This document shows positions 17,047-25,311 of a stretch of DNA of 64,000 bases, piece after piece. Position 1 is the stretch's first letter, and every line of letters begins with the position of its first letter. The notes under the pieces are model-generated. The model was not told where the DNA came from. It searched no databases and saw nothing but the letters and a program-made list of their open reading frames with translations. A program made the position numbers and the translations under genes. The stretch is from Paracoccaceae bacterium (lineage in GTDB: Bacteria; Pseudomonadota; Alphaproteobacteria; Rhodobacterales; Rhodobacteraceae), in contig JBDVOA010000008.1 of the NCBI GenBank assembly GCA_039969355.1, positions 42,874-106,873 on the forward strand, given 5' to 3'.

Positions 17047-18197
17047 ACCGGATGCTGCACCACCTGCCTGTCGAAGCTTACACCTCGCAAGATTGGTTCG
17101 ACCGGGAACAACGACAGATATTTTCCAACACCTGGCGTTATGCAGGCTTCATGGAAGATGTCAGCGAACCCGGTCAGTACATCAGCGTGCAAGCTGGCCT
17201 GAACAATATTTTTATTGTCATGGGTCGGGACCGGCGGCTGAGGGCATTCCACAACATTTGTCGTCATCGTGGAACTCAGCTGATCCGCGCCGTGGGTAAA
17301 GCACAAAAAGCGCTGACATGTCCCTATCATGACTGGACCTATGATCTGGAAGGCAACCTGATTTCGGTGCCCGAAGAAGACCGAGAGTTTCAAGGCATAG
17401 ACAAGTCTTGCTTGGGCCTAAAACCTGCCAGCGTGGACATCTGGAAAAGCATGTTGTTTGTGCATCCTGATCCAAATGCGGGTTCGATCATGGATTGGTT
17501 CGGAGACATCGATATGCAAGTTGGCCCGCACGTGCCGGAAGAACTGCCCGAATATGAAGAGGCGCAAATTTCTTACGAGATCAAAGCCAATTGGAAAATC
17601 ATCGTCGAGAACTACATAGACGTCTATCATCTTGCGCATCTCCACTCCGGCACATTGCAGATGTATGATCACGCCAATGCCGAATATGGTTTTGTTGGAC
17701 CACATTATATGTTCTGGGAGCCACCCGTTGCTGAATATGCAGACAATCAGGACAAAAAATTACCCGCACCGCGTGTGATACCAAACGACCAGGACGGGGC
17801 TTGGGTGCCCATGCTTTTTCCAGGTATTGGCCTTGGTGCAGCTGAAGACGGCTGGAACATATTTATAATCGAACCAATTGCGCCTGACCTGACCCGAGTA
17901 ACCAATCGCAGTCGGGTTGCAAACGCCAGCGCATGGGAGTTCTCCAAGCAATCAATGCGATCAACGGGGTTTTGGTCGAACTTCGGATTGAGTGGCAAGT
18001 ACGAGGGGAACGACGCGCAATCCGAAGATGATCCAATGGCCAGCGGGGATTTCACAGCCGAGGATATCTATGCCTGTGAGCAACAACAAAAGTCCCTCTA
18101 TTCGCCCCACTATGAGGTAGGGCCCGCCGCCAAGGGCGAAAGCCCGGTTCTGGACCACCAGAAGGTTGTTCTAAGTTGGCTGGAGGGATCGAAATGA
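17043..18197 (+). CDS. Rieske [2Fe-2S] non-heme iron oxygenase, alpha-type subunit
   Basis: The Rieske motif CRHRGTQL..CPYHDWTY is present. I trimmed the ORF to the ATG at 17043. No beta subunit gene is present. Confidence 0.9.
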   Translation: MNRMLHHLPVEAYTSQDWFDREQRQIFSNTWRYAGFMEDVSEPGQYISVQAGLNNIFIVMGRDRRLRAFHNICRHRGTQLIRAVGKAQKALTCPYHDWTYDLEGNLISVPEEDREFQGIDKSCLGLKPASVDIWKSMLFVHPDPNAGSIMDWFGDIDMQVGPHVPEELPEYEEAQISYEIKANWKIIVENYIDVYHLAHLHSGTLQMYDHANAEYGFVGPHYMFWEPPVAEYADNQDKKLPAPRVIPNDQDGAWVPMLFPGIGLGAAEDGWNIFIIEPIAPDLTRVTNRSRVANASAWEFSKQSMRSTGFWSNFGLSGKYEGNDAQSEDDPMASGDFTAEDIYACEQQQKSLYSPHYEVGPAAKGESPVLDHQKVVLSWLEGSK

Positions 18198-19258
18198 GCC
18201 GCGATTTCTTTCCTCTGACCGTGCTCGATACGAAAGATGAAATTGGTGGCCTGGCCAAAACGGTCATGTTTGATGTGCCCGAGGATTTGGCTGAAAAATT
18301 CGCTTGGCGTGCAGGCCAACACCTTTCCCTTCGCGTCCAATTGAAAGAGGGGGAGGTGCGACGCAGCTATTCCATTTCATCGTCACCTGTCTCAGGCGAT
18401 CCATTGCGAATCACGGTCAAGCGAGTGAATGACGGGCTAGTGAGTAACTACATCAACGACAATGTTGCAAAGGGCGATGTTATCGACGTGATGCCTCCAT
18501 TTGGCGGCTTCTGTCTGGATACAGCCCAGAACTTTCGCCGAACGCATTACTTTTTCGGGGCAGGATCAGGGATCACGCCGCTATTCTCCATGCTGCACTC
18601 GGTAATGTGTAATGAGCCACACTCCGTTGCCTATCTGGCCTATGGTAACAAAAACGCTGAGAGCATTCTCTTCAAGGATGCGCTATCCAAAATATCAGAT
18701 GATTTTGGCCGCCGGGTTGGCGTCAAGCACGTGCTATCTGCACCTTCAATGTGGTCGGGATTTAAATATTGGCGCAAGGGGATCGTGGATGAAGGCGCGA
18801 TCAAAGCTTTGATTGAAGAACACCCGCCTTACGCTCAAGACGCACAATACTACGTTTGCGGCCCGGGTGGGATGAACAAGGCTGTAAAAGTCGCATTGAT
18901 GTCCTTGGATGTACCGCAAGACAGAATCCACATGGAAAACTATGGCGGGGCGGATGAGATAGACGATACCGTCAAAGGCATAAAAGCGACCGCCGAAATC
19001 ACGTTGAATGGCGAGCAGCAAAACGTTTCAATCGGTGCCGGTCAAACCGTGCTCGAGGCCGTAAGGCTGGCTGGATTGAGACCACCTTTTTCGTGCCAAT
19101 CTGGTGTCTGCGGCGCATGCCGAGCCAATCTGACCGTAGGAACTGTACATATGCGCGCCCGAATGGCACTGGAGGACAATGACATCAAAAAGGGGCGTGT
19201 TTTGACCTGCCAGTCCGTACCAACATCAGAAGCACTCTCGATCAGTTATGACGGCTAA
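18194..19258 (+). CDS. Oxygenase reductase: FNR-like flavin/NAD domain + C-terminal plant-type [2Fe-2S] ferredoxin
   Basis: The flavin-binding RSYSISS motif and the C-terminal CQSGVCGACRA..C cluster are present. The start overlaps the Rieske stop, with a GGAGGG RBS. Confidence 0.9.
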   Translation: MSRDFFPLTVLDTKDEIGGLAKTVMFDVPEDLAEKFAWRAGQHLSLRVQLKEGEVRRSYSISSSPVSGDPLRITVKRVNDGLVSNYINDNVAKGDVIDVMPPFGGFCLDTAQNFRRTHYFFGAGSGITPLFSMLHSVMCNEPHSVAYLAYGNKNAESILFKDALSKISDDFGRRVGVKHVLSAPSMWSGFKYWRKGIVDEGAIKALIEEHPPYAQDAQYYVCGPGGMNKAVKVALMSLDVPQDRIHMENYGGADEIDDTVKGIKATAEITLNGEQQNVSIGAGQTVLEAVRLAGLRPPFSCQSGVCGACRANLTVGTVHMRARMALEDNDIKKGRVLTCQSVPTSEALSISYDG

Positions 19259-19466
19259 GTCAAACAGCGGCGAAGTTGGGATTTTTTGTTGCTGCAATTG
19301 CACCGTCTATCGCGACATGGTCCTATAGCCTGCCTTCAAAACATGAAACGCGCTGCTAGTGAGGTCGAAACATCCGTTATTCATCAACAATTTCTCAAGT
19401 CAAGACTGGTGAACCTTGCGAAGAGCGTTGCACGCAAGCGTTGTATTGCAAACACCTAAACCGCAG

Positions 19467-19796
19467 CTATGCGCGAAATTCAGTATTCTGAGTGATTGAA
19501 AAAGACATGCCCTCGCGCTTCTTCAAACGCGAAACCATGGCGAGCAAATTGTCAGCACGCGGATTACCTTTCGCACTGAGCATCCGCATCAGGCTCTTGG
19601 GGTCCTTATCCATGTCTTGCGCCAATGCCTCGAACCCCACCGTGGCGTTCACATAATCGCGCAGGAGCACCTTGCCGGTCTCCAGATCGTCGCTGAGCAT
19701 CGCCTCAATTGCCTCACGGAACAGGCCCGCCCGGAACTCAGGATCGCGCTCAGCGCGTGCCTTGATCGTGTCTTTGAAATCTTTCGTCAGGGGCAT
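19467..19796 (-). CDS. Addiction-module antidote protein (HigA-like antitoxin)
   Basis: The 109-aa product starts MPLTKDFKDTIKARAERDPEFRAGLFREAIEAML, typical of this antidote family. It lies directly downstream of the toxin gene. Confidence 0.8.
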   Translation of the reverse strand: MPLTKDFKDTIKARAERDPEFRAGLFREAIEAMLSDDLETGKVLLRDYVNATVGFEALAQDMDKDPKSLMRMLSAKGNPRADNLLAMVSRLKKREGMSFSITQNTEFRA

Positions 19797-19797
19797 A

Positions 19798-20157
19798 TCA
19801 GTCTCCTTTCCGTTTACGGGCCTTGTAATCTTCCCAAAATTCCTTGGCCTGCTTGATGTCTTTCAACTGGCGCTTTTTCGTGCCGCCACACAGCAGGATC
19901 ACAAGCGTATCGCCGTCTTGCCCAAAATAGACGCTGTAGCCGGGGCCGAATGTGATACACCGCTCTGACATGCCTTGGCCCACTGGCTTCACGTCGCCAA
20001 GGTTTCCGGTCTCGATCCGTGCAAGCGCAGTTCGCACCTTCAATGCTGCCGCCGTATCCAGACCATTGAACCAATCATCAAACGGCGTTTTCCCCGCCTC
20101 GGTGACATAGACAACAAGCTTATTCACTGGAGCCTTTGGTGACACATACGTTACCAA
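19798..20157 (-). CDS. RelE/ParE-superfamily addiction-module killer protein
   Basis: The pattern ..GKTPFDDWFNGLD..ALKVRTALARIETGNLGDVKPVG.GMSERCITFGPGYSVYF fits the family, and the gene order is toxin first. The true start may be internal. Confidence 0.8.
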   Translation of the reverse strand: MVTYVSPKAPVNKLVVYVTEAGKTPFDDWFNGLDTAAALKVRTALARIETGNLGDVKPVGQGMSERCITFGPGYSVYFGQDGDTLVILLCGGTKKRQLKDIKQAKEFWEDYKARKRKGD

Positions 20158-20311
20158 TTGTCAATCGGTTCTGCCACCTCAATGCGTCAACCCCCGGTCC
20201 ATCTCAACCTCCCGCGTCTCTAGTTCTGCTTCAACTGCCCCTCGGCAGACTTCACTAATTTCAAACTGATCTCTAGTTGCGTGCGCAGCCTCCCGTAGTT
20301 CGAGTCCTCGC

Positions 20312-20640
20312 TCAACAAGCCGTGCAACGCAGCCACGGACGCCGTTTGCGATTGAATGAGCACCGACACGCAGGCGGCCAATCCATCCATCTGGCTCTGC
20401 ATCCTGCCGCTTGGATTTGGGCTTGCGTCACCAGCTCTGAAGCGAGCAACGCCGTGACTTGATGAGCCGTAATGTGTTTGCACATCGGACTGCGATCACT
20501 GATCCAGCAGGCCAGCCGCGATTGATGATCGGCCTCCAACGCCTTTGCCTTCACTCGGTCTTCTGCCTGCTTCTCGACATAGGCCTGCCAGCGCCGCGAC
20601 TGAAACCAGTTGTCGGAAAACAGACATTGGAGCGGGTGAA
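20312..20640 (-). pseudogene. C-terminal stump of a paralogue of the 4618-5481 HTH protein
   Basis: The minus-strand translation ..CLFSDNWFQSRRWQAYVEKQAEDRVKAKALE..MCKHITAHQVTALLASELVTQAQIQAAG parallels ..CFSDNWFKMRRWEKGLAQIQADREKAREAE..LCRHITNRQVEDLIASKLVTPEQVRAAG. The N-terminal two thirds are absent. Confidence 0.55.
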
Positions 20641-20649
20641 ACCTGCGCT

Positions 20650-20907
20650 TTCGGTCGCGTACCCGAAATCAAAATGCGCCGCGAACGTATTCTTATTCCT
20701 GCACGCAGCGGGTATCGGATTGTGACGGCAGGTGGCGCGTCAGCTTGGGGCGATCTGGTGCTTTATCTGATCGGGCGGATGGCGGGCCAGGACGAGGCCC
20801 GCCATATTGCCAAGATCTCCTTGCTTCAACCGCACGGTGAAGAACAGCTGCACTATTGTTGGTGCCTGTCGATTCCGAAAGGCATTAGCTTAACCGACGC
20901 CTATTGA
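20650..20907 (+). pseudogene. Internal fragment of a GlxA-like (DJ-1/PfpI + AraC) regulator
   Basis: ..RILIPARSGYRIVTAGGASAWGDLVLYLIGRMAGQDEARHIAKISLLQPHGEEQLHY resembles the end of the DJ-1 domain. No N-terminal part and no AraC HTH are present. Confidence 0.45.
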
Positions 20908-21108
20908 TTGGTTGTATGACCATTCCATCTCCGTCAACCAATACCGAAGAGGCGAGGTCTGAACGCATTTGGACTGGCAAAGTCTAAATCGCCCGTCTTT
21001 TGGCCAATTTTCGCAATAGGGTAACAGCACGCGTGCCTTTCACAATTCACGCGACTGCTGGTCCCCGAAAACCCGATCAGGTACTAAAAAAGGTTCCGGC
21101 AGATGGCT

Positions 21109-21993
21109 CTAGCGCGTGTTCACGATCGCAGGATCATCACATCGGCCTAAGCAATAGTGAATGCCACCGATGTCACCCGGTGCCAATGTACTTGGGACGG
21201 TTGAAGGGAACATCATATCAATGCAAGAATCACGATCAGCAATATCAAAATAATCCCTTATTCTTTTTGGTGTCCCGTTTTGACCTTTGACGTACTTCTT
21301 CCAGTTTGGGCTGTTCACACTGGATTTCGCATTCGCTTCCCAATAGTTCACAATCTTGATGTTACTTCCCCAGGCATAAAGTTTGTACATAAACCCACTT
21401 GCAGTGGCTTCGCTGACTTTCAGCTTAGTTTTGTCGAATGCTTGCGGGAACACACCTTTATTGGGATATCCTGGATAACTTAGGTTTTTTTTGTCGACAC
21501 TCGCTGATGTCGCCTCGACATGAAAATACTGGTAGCGAACCTTGTTATTTCCGTTCTTGGGGTTTTTGAGTTGCGTCGTCATAAAAACGCAAAGACGCAC
21601 GGTTTTGCGACGCTTGTCAAAATAGTAGCCTTCAAGACTCTTGTCGTGCAGGCATTTCTCAAGAATCTTCCCTTTGACAGTTACACCTCTCTTACCCTTG
21701 CCATTATTGCTCTCTGCTACCCTCACAAATGCTCGGCTGGTTATGCCAGATACGCCCTTAAATTTTTTGGGACTGAGCCTACCACGAGTTTTCCTGAACT
21801 CTTCGTCCGTAAAGTCTTCAACTGGCTTGAGTTTGCCACTGCCAGAACTGTCATCCGCGACAAATTTTTGAACGGGAACGGCGGAAATCTTGAACACTTC
21901 GCCCGTATCAAGATCGCGAGGCCCTGAAGTACACGCTGATAACAGCAGCGCAGCAGATACAATCAAGGGCAGATTAAATAGGTACTTTTGCAT
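21109..21993 (-). CDS. Lipoprotein, Lys-rich, hypothetical
   Basis: The lipobox is LLLSAC at residues 16-21. The C-terminal Cys pair is ..IHYCLGRCDDPAIVNTR. I recognise no family. Confidence 0.75.
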   Translation of the reverse strand: MQKYLFNLPLIVSAALLLSACTSGPRDLDTGEVFKISAVPVQKFVADDSSGSGKLKPVEDFTDEEFRKTRGRLSPKKFKGVSGITSRAFVRVAESNNGKGKRGVTVKGKILEKCLHDKSLEGYYFDKRRKTVRLCVFMTTQLKNPKNGNNKVRYQYFHVEATSASVDKKNLSYPGYPNKGVFPQAFDKTKLKVSEATASGFMYKLYAWGSNIKIVNYWEANAKSSVNSPNWKKYVKGQNGTPKRIRDYFDIADRDSCIDMMFPSTVPSTLAPGDIGGIHYCLGRCDDPAIVNTR

Positions 21994-22120
21994 ACTAGTC
22001 TCCGAAAAATATTAGATAATGCGTCTTAATACCACAAATTGGGTCAAATATCGAAACAATTTCCCAATTTCAGCTGATCTCGAGCTTTTGTTCTGTTGAC
22101 CATTTGATCCAATCCGAGGG

Positions 22121-25100
22121 TCATTTCTTGACGGGTGGGGCGTGCGCCTCGATCTTTTGGGCGACGTGCTCGGTCATGCGATCATGAAACCCAATCGCTG
22201 AATTATTAAGGATGTCGCGGGCTTCAGCCATCTGGGCGGCGGCTTCTTCCACTTCGTTTTCGCACAGGTAGGCATCTGCCAAAAGAGTCTTTGAAAATGC
22301 AATGATCTGGGCCGAACCAGTGGCAATATAGCGTTCTAGCCCTGCTGTCAGAGTAGTGATGCCACTGGCTGGTTGGCCGCACCGCGCCTCGGCCCAGCCG
22401 AGAACAACACTTGACCATGCGTCCCAGTACTGAAACTCGATCTTCTTGCTGATTACGTGTGCCTTCCGGGCATAGATACGGGCTTGTTCCGGATCGTCCA
22501 GCGTGCAGTAGATCGTCGCTATTATGCTCAGAGCAAAGCATCGGGAAAACTCACTTTTTTGCGCCTCTGCCGTTGCGATGGCCTGGTCGAGTTCCTTTCG
22601 GGTTTTTTCGTGATCTTGTTGCTGCAGCGCGCCAGCCCAGCACCGCATTGCGATATCGACAGTTTCCGGGTCGGCAGGATAATATCGGTTGATCTCGCTC
22701 AGATCCGACTGTGCACGAAACACCAGCGCCCGGTCGAAATGCGCAATGGCCCGATCAAACTCTCCCAACAGCAAGGATGCCATTGCGCTGTTGTGCTCGC
22801 TCAGTGTCTGCATCGCAGGGTTGGCATCATCGACCAACAGATCCCTCATGCGTTCGCAATATTCCCATGCAACGTCAGGCCGACCCGCAATCAGGTTTTC
22901 TCCTACAAGTTGGTCCAGTACCGAAAACGCAATGCTGTGTTCGCCAATTTTTTCGTTTAGTAGAATCAATCGTTCCAGGTTTTTGGCGATGTCAGGCGAG
23001 CCCCAGGCGCGAATTTCCAATGCAACGCTCAAATTCTGGCGCATTTCGATCTCAACGATGTCAGAGGTTTCGTCGGGTGTCAGGCGCTCGTGGGCATCAA
23101 GTGCGGCAGTCAGATGTGCGATTGCTTCCTGACTTGCATAATCGCGCATTGCGATACTGGTGGCTTCTCGCCATTTTTCCCGTGCTTCGATGAACTGATC
23201 GGCACCTTGATGGTGTAGCGCCAGAATTTCAGGATTCCGTTTGCAGAGGTTAGGGAAATCCCGCGCCATTGTCTCGGCGATACGACGGTGCAGTTGCTTG
23301 GCCCGCTGCGGCAGAATTGCTTCGTAGGCGACATCGCGAATCATCGCGTGCCGGAATGAATATCTGGTTTCTCCGCCATGTGATTGCAAAACAAGTATTT
23401 GAGACCCGACAAGACTATTCAATTCCGAGTGTATTTCGTTGATTTCCCGTTCTGCGACTGCCGCGACGAGCGCCGTTGAAAAGCTGCGGCCAAGAACTGC
23501 ACAGATCGAAACGGTGTCGGGCGTCGTCGTGAGGTGATCGAGGCGCGCGCGGAGCAGGTCCTTTAAGTTTGAAGGAAGCAGCAATTCATGCTCAGCATGT
23601 GCGTCTGTCCATCCGCTTCCCGGAATGCGCGCAAGCATATTTACCATTTCTTCGACGAACAGAGGGACCCCCTCGGCACGGTTGACTATGGTGCGCACCA
23701 AACCATTCAGGATTTCGTCGCTCCTGTTCAGTGATTTAATGAGTTCTTCGGTCTGACGCGGGCCCAACCCCGGCAGGGATAAGGTGGTAACTTGAGATTT
23801 GCCCCACCAGCGCGGCTGGTATTCCGGTCGATAGGTCCCCAACACCATGACGCTTGTCTCATCAAACCTCTCGATCAGGATATTCAGCAACTCCTCTGTC
23901 GAAGGATCTATCCAGTGCAGATCTTCGAACAGGATCATGATCGGCTGTTTTTCAGAAGAACTTTCGATGTATCGGATCAAAGTCTCAATGGTGCGCGCCT
24001 TAACTTCCTCTGGCGACCCGACACCCGAGTCTTCTGGTCCTCCAGCAGACAGGAAGTTGGCATAGACTGATGCAATTTTACTTGAAACCCCGCCGCCGGA
24101 TTCGAGAAATGCCGCCAGCTTGTCGCTGCGTTCGGCTGGTGTATCGCTTTCGGTCAATCCAACGGCATGATCGAGATGTGATTTGATGGGGTAGAAGGCG
24201 CTGTTCTGGTGATACGGTGAACATTGAAAGCTAAAGCGGCGGCCGTTAGGCAAAACGAGTTGTTCATAGACCTCTTCCGCGAGGCGTGACTTTCCCAACC
24301 CCGCTTCGCCGGACAGGAAAACTGCTTGTCCTTCACCTCTGCAGGCCGCATTCCAGCGCCCCTCTAGCAGGCCAAACTCATCCTCACGCCCGATTAGCGG
24401 CCCCAGTGTTGTCTGTCGCCTTTTGTCGAACCGCCGTTCTGCGCTCTCAGCTCCTTCAACCAACCATACATTGACTGGCTCTACAAAACCCTTCAATGCG
24501 TGCTGGCCAATTGAAGTGCACTTAAAATTGCGACCTAACAGGCGCCGCGTGCGCCCGCTTACTGCGACTTGACCGGGGTCTGCCAGGCTTTGCAGGCGAG
24601 AAGCCAAGTTGGGGATGTTGCCTAGTGCAAAATGATCCGCCTGCTGGGCACCATGCATGAGATCATCGATAAGAACATCACCGGTTGCAATACCGACGCG
24701 CACAGACAGTCTTTTCCCTGCGAGCGTCGTGATTGAGCTTACATCCCGAATGATTTGCAGAGCTGTGAGAACCGCCCGCTCCGCGTCATCCTCATTGGCG
24801 ATGGGAAAACCGTAATAGGCCACAACTCCATCACCAATGAACTGGGAGAAATAGCCAAAGTTTTTCCGGATGGCCTCGATATTACAATTCTGGAAGGCCT
24901 TGAGTGTGTCCCGATAGTTCTCAAAGCCCAGTTCCTGAACCATCCCGGTTGAATTCACCAAATCGACAAACATCATTGTCATCTGGCGTAATTCGCCAAT
25001 TGGCTTTTCGCTGCCGCTCTTAGTTTCGGAAATGTCTGGCACCGCATGGCGTAAGCCATCGTTAGCAGAACTGGAGCTTTCGCTTTTCAGACGGCCTGCT

Positions 25101-25261
25101 GCGCTGAGTAAACGCTTGCGATCACCGAGCGAGATGCCCAGTTCAGCCATATTGGCTTCAGTCAATTGTGGCATTATGTCGAGATCAACGGAATTGGACA
25201 CTAGCACGTCCAGATACTTTTCCATCTTTATTGACGCCAACCAGGGCTTAAGCGCGCTCAT
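22121..25261 (-). CDS. SAM domain / class III adenylate-guanylate cyclase / P-loop STAND ATPase / TPR protein
   Basis: The SAM pattern spans aa 1-60. The cyclase motifs are MMFVDLVNST, FIGDGVVAYYG and GNIPNLASRLQ. Walker A is GEAGLGKS and Walker B-like is ILFEDLHWID. The C-terminus holds long helical TPR-like repeats. Confidence 0.9.
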   Translation of the reverse strand: MSALKPWLASIKMEKYLDVLVSNSVDLDIMPQLTEANMAELGISLGDRKRLLSAAGRLKSESSSSANDGLRHAVPDISETKSGSEKPIGELRQMTMMFVDLVNSTGMVQELGFENYRDTLKAFQNCNIEAIRKNFGYFSQFIGDGVVAYYGFPIANEDDAERAVLTALQIIRDVSSITTLAGKRLSVRVGIATGDVLIDDLMHGAQQADHFALGNIPNLASRLQSLADPGQVAVSGRTRRLLGRNFKCTSIGQHALKGFVEPVNVWLVEGAESAERRFDKRRQTTLGPLIGREDEFGLLEGRWNAACRGEGQAVFLSGEAGLGKSRLAEEVYEQLVLPNGRRFSFQCSPYHQNSAFYPIKSHLDHAVGLTESDTPAERSDKLAAFLESGGGVSSKIASVYANFLSAGGPEDSGVGSPEEVKARTIETLIRYIESSSEKQPIMILFEDLHWIDPSTEELLNILIERFDETSVMVLGTYRPEYQPRWWGKSQVTTLSLPGLGPRQTEELIKSLNRSDEILNGLVRTIVNRAEGVPLFVEEMVNMLARIPGSGWTDAHAEHELLLPSNLKDLLRARLDHLTTTPDTVSICAVLGRSFSTALVAAVAEREINEIHSELNSLVGSQILVLQSHGGETRYSFRHAMIRDVAYEAILPQRAKQLHRRIAETMARDFPNLCKRNPEILALHHQGADQFIEAREKWREATSIAMRDYASQEAIAHLTAALDAHERLTPDETSDIVEIEMRQNLSVALEIRAWGSPDIAKNLERLILLNEKIGEHSIAFSVLDQLVGENLIAGRPDVAWEYCERMRDLLVDDANPAMQTLSEHNSAMASLLLGEFDRAIAHFDRALVFRAQSDLSEINRYYPADPETVDIAMRCWAGALQQQDHEKTRKELDQAIATAEAQKSEFSRCFALSIIATIYCTLDDPEQARIYARKAHVISKKIEFQYWDAWSSVVLGWAEARCGQPASGITTLTAGLERYIATGSAQIIAFSKTLLADAYLCENEVEEAAAQMAEARDILNNSAIGFHDRMTEHVAQKIEAHAPPVKK

Positions 25262-25311
25262 GCGACTTCGACTCCCGAGTGTTGAAACGGCTACAAAAGC
25301 CGAAAATCAAA

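Larger units (their letters stand above)
20908..25311. other. AT-rich two-gene insertion (probable horizontally acquired segment), no mobility genes
   Basis: The composition is visibly lower in GC than the flanks. The segment is bounded on both sides by truncated genes. Confidence 0.5.

Noticed and set aside
20220-20483. 87-aa minus-strand ORF
   Set aside because: It lies out of frame within the stump of the HTH paralogue, so it is probably not an independent gene.
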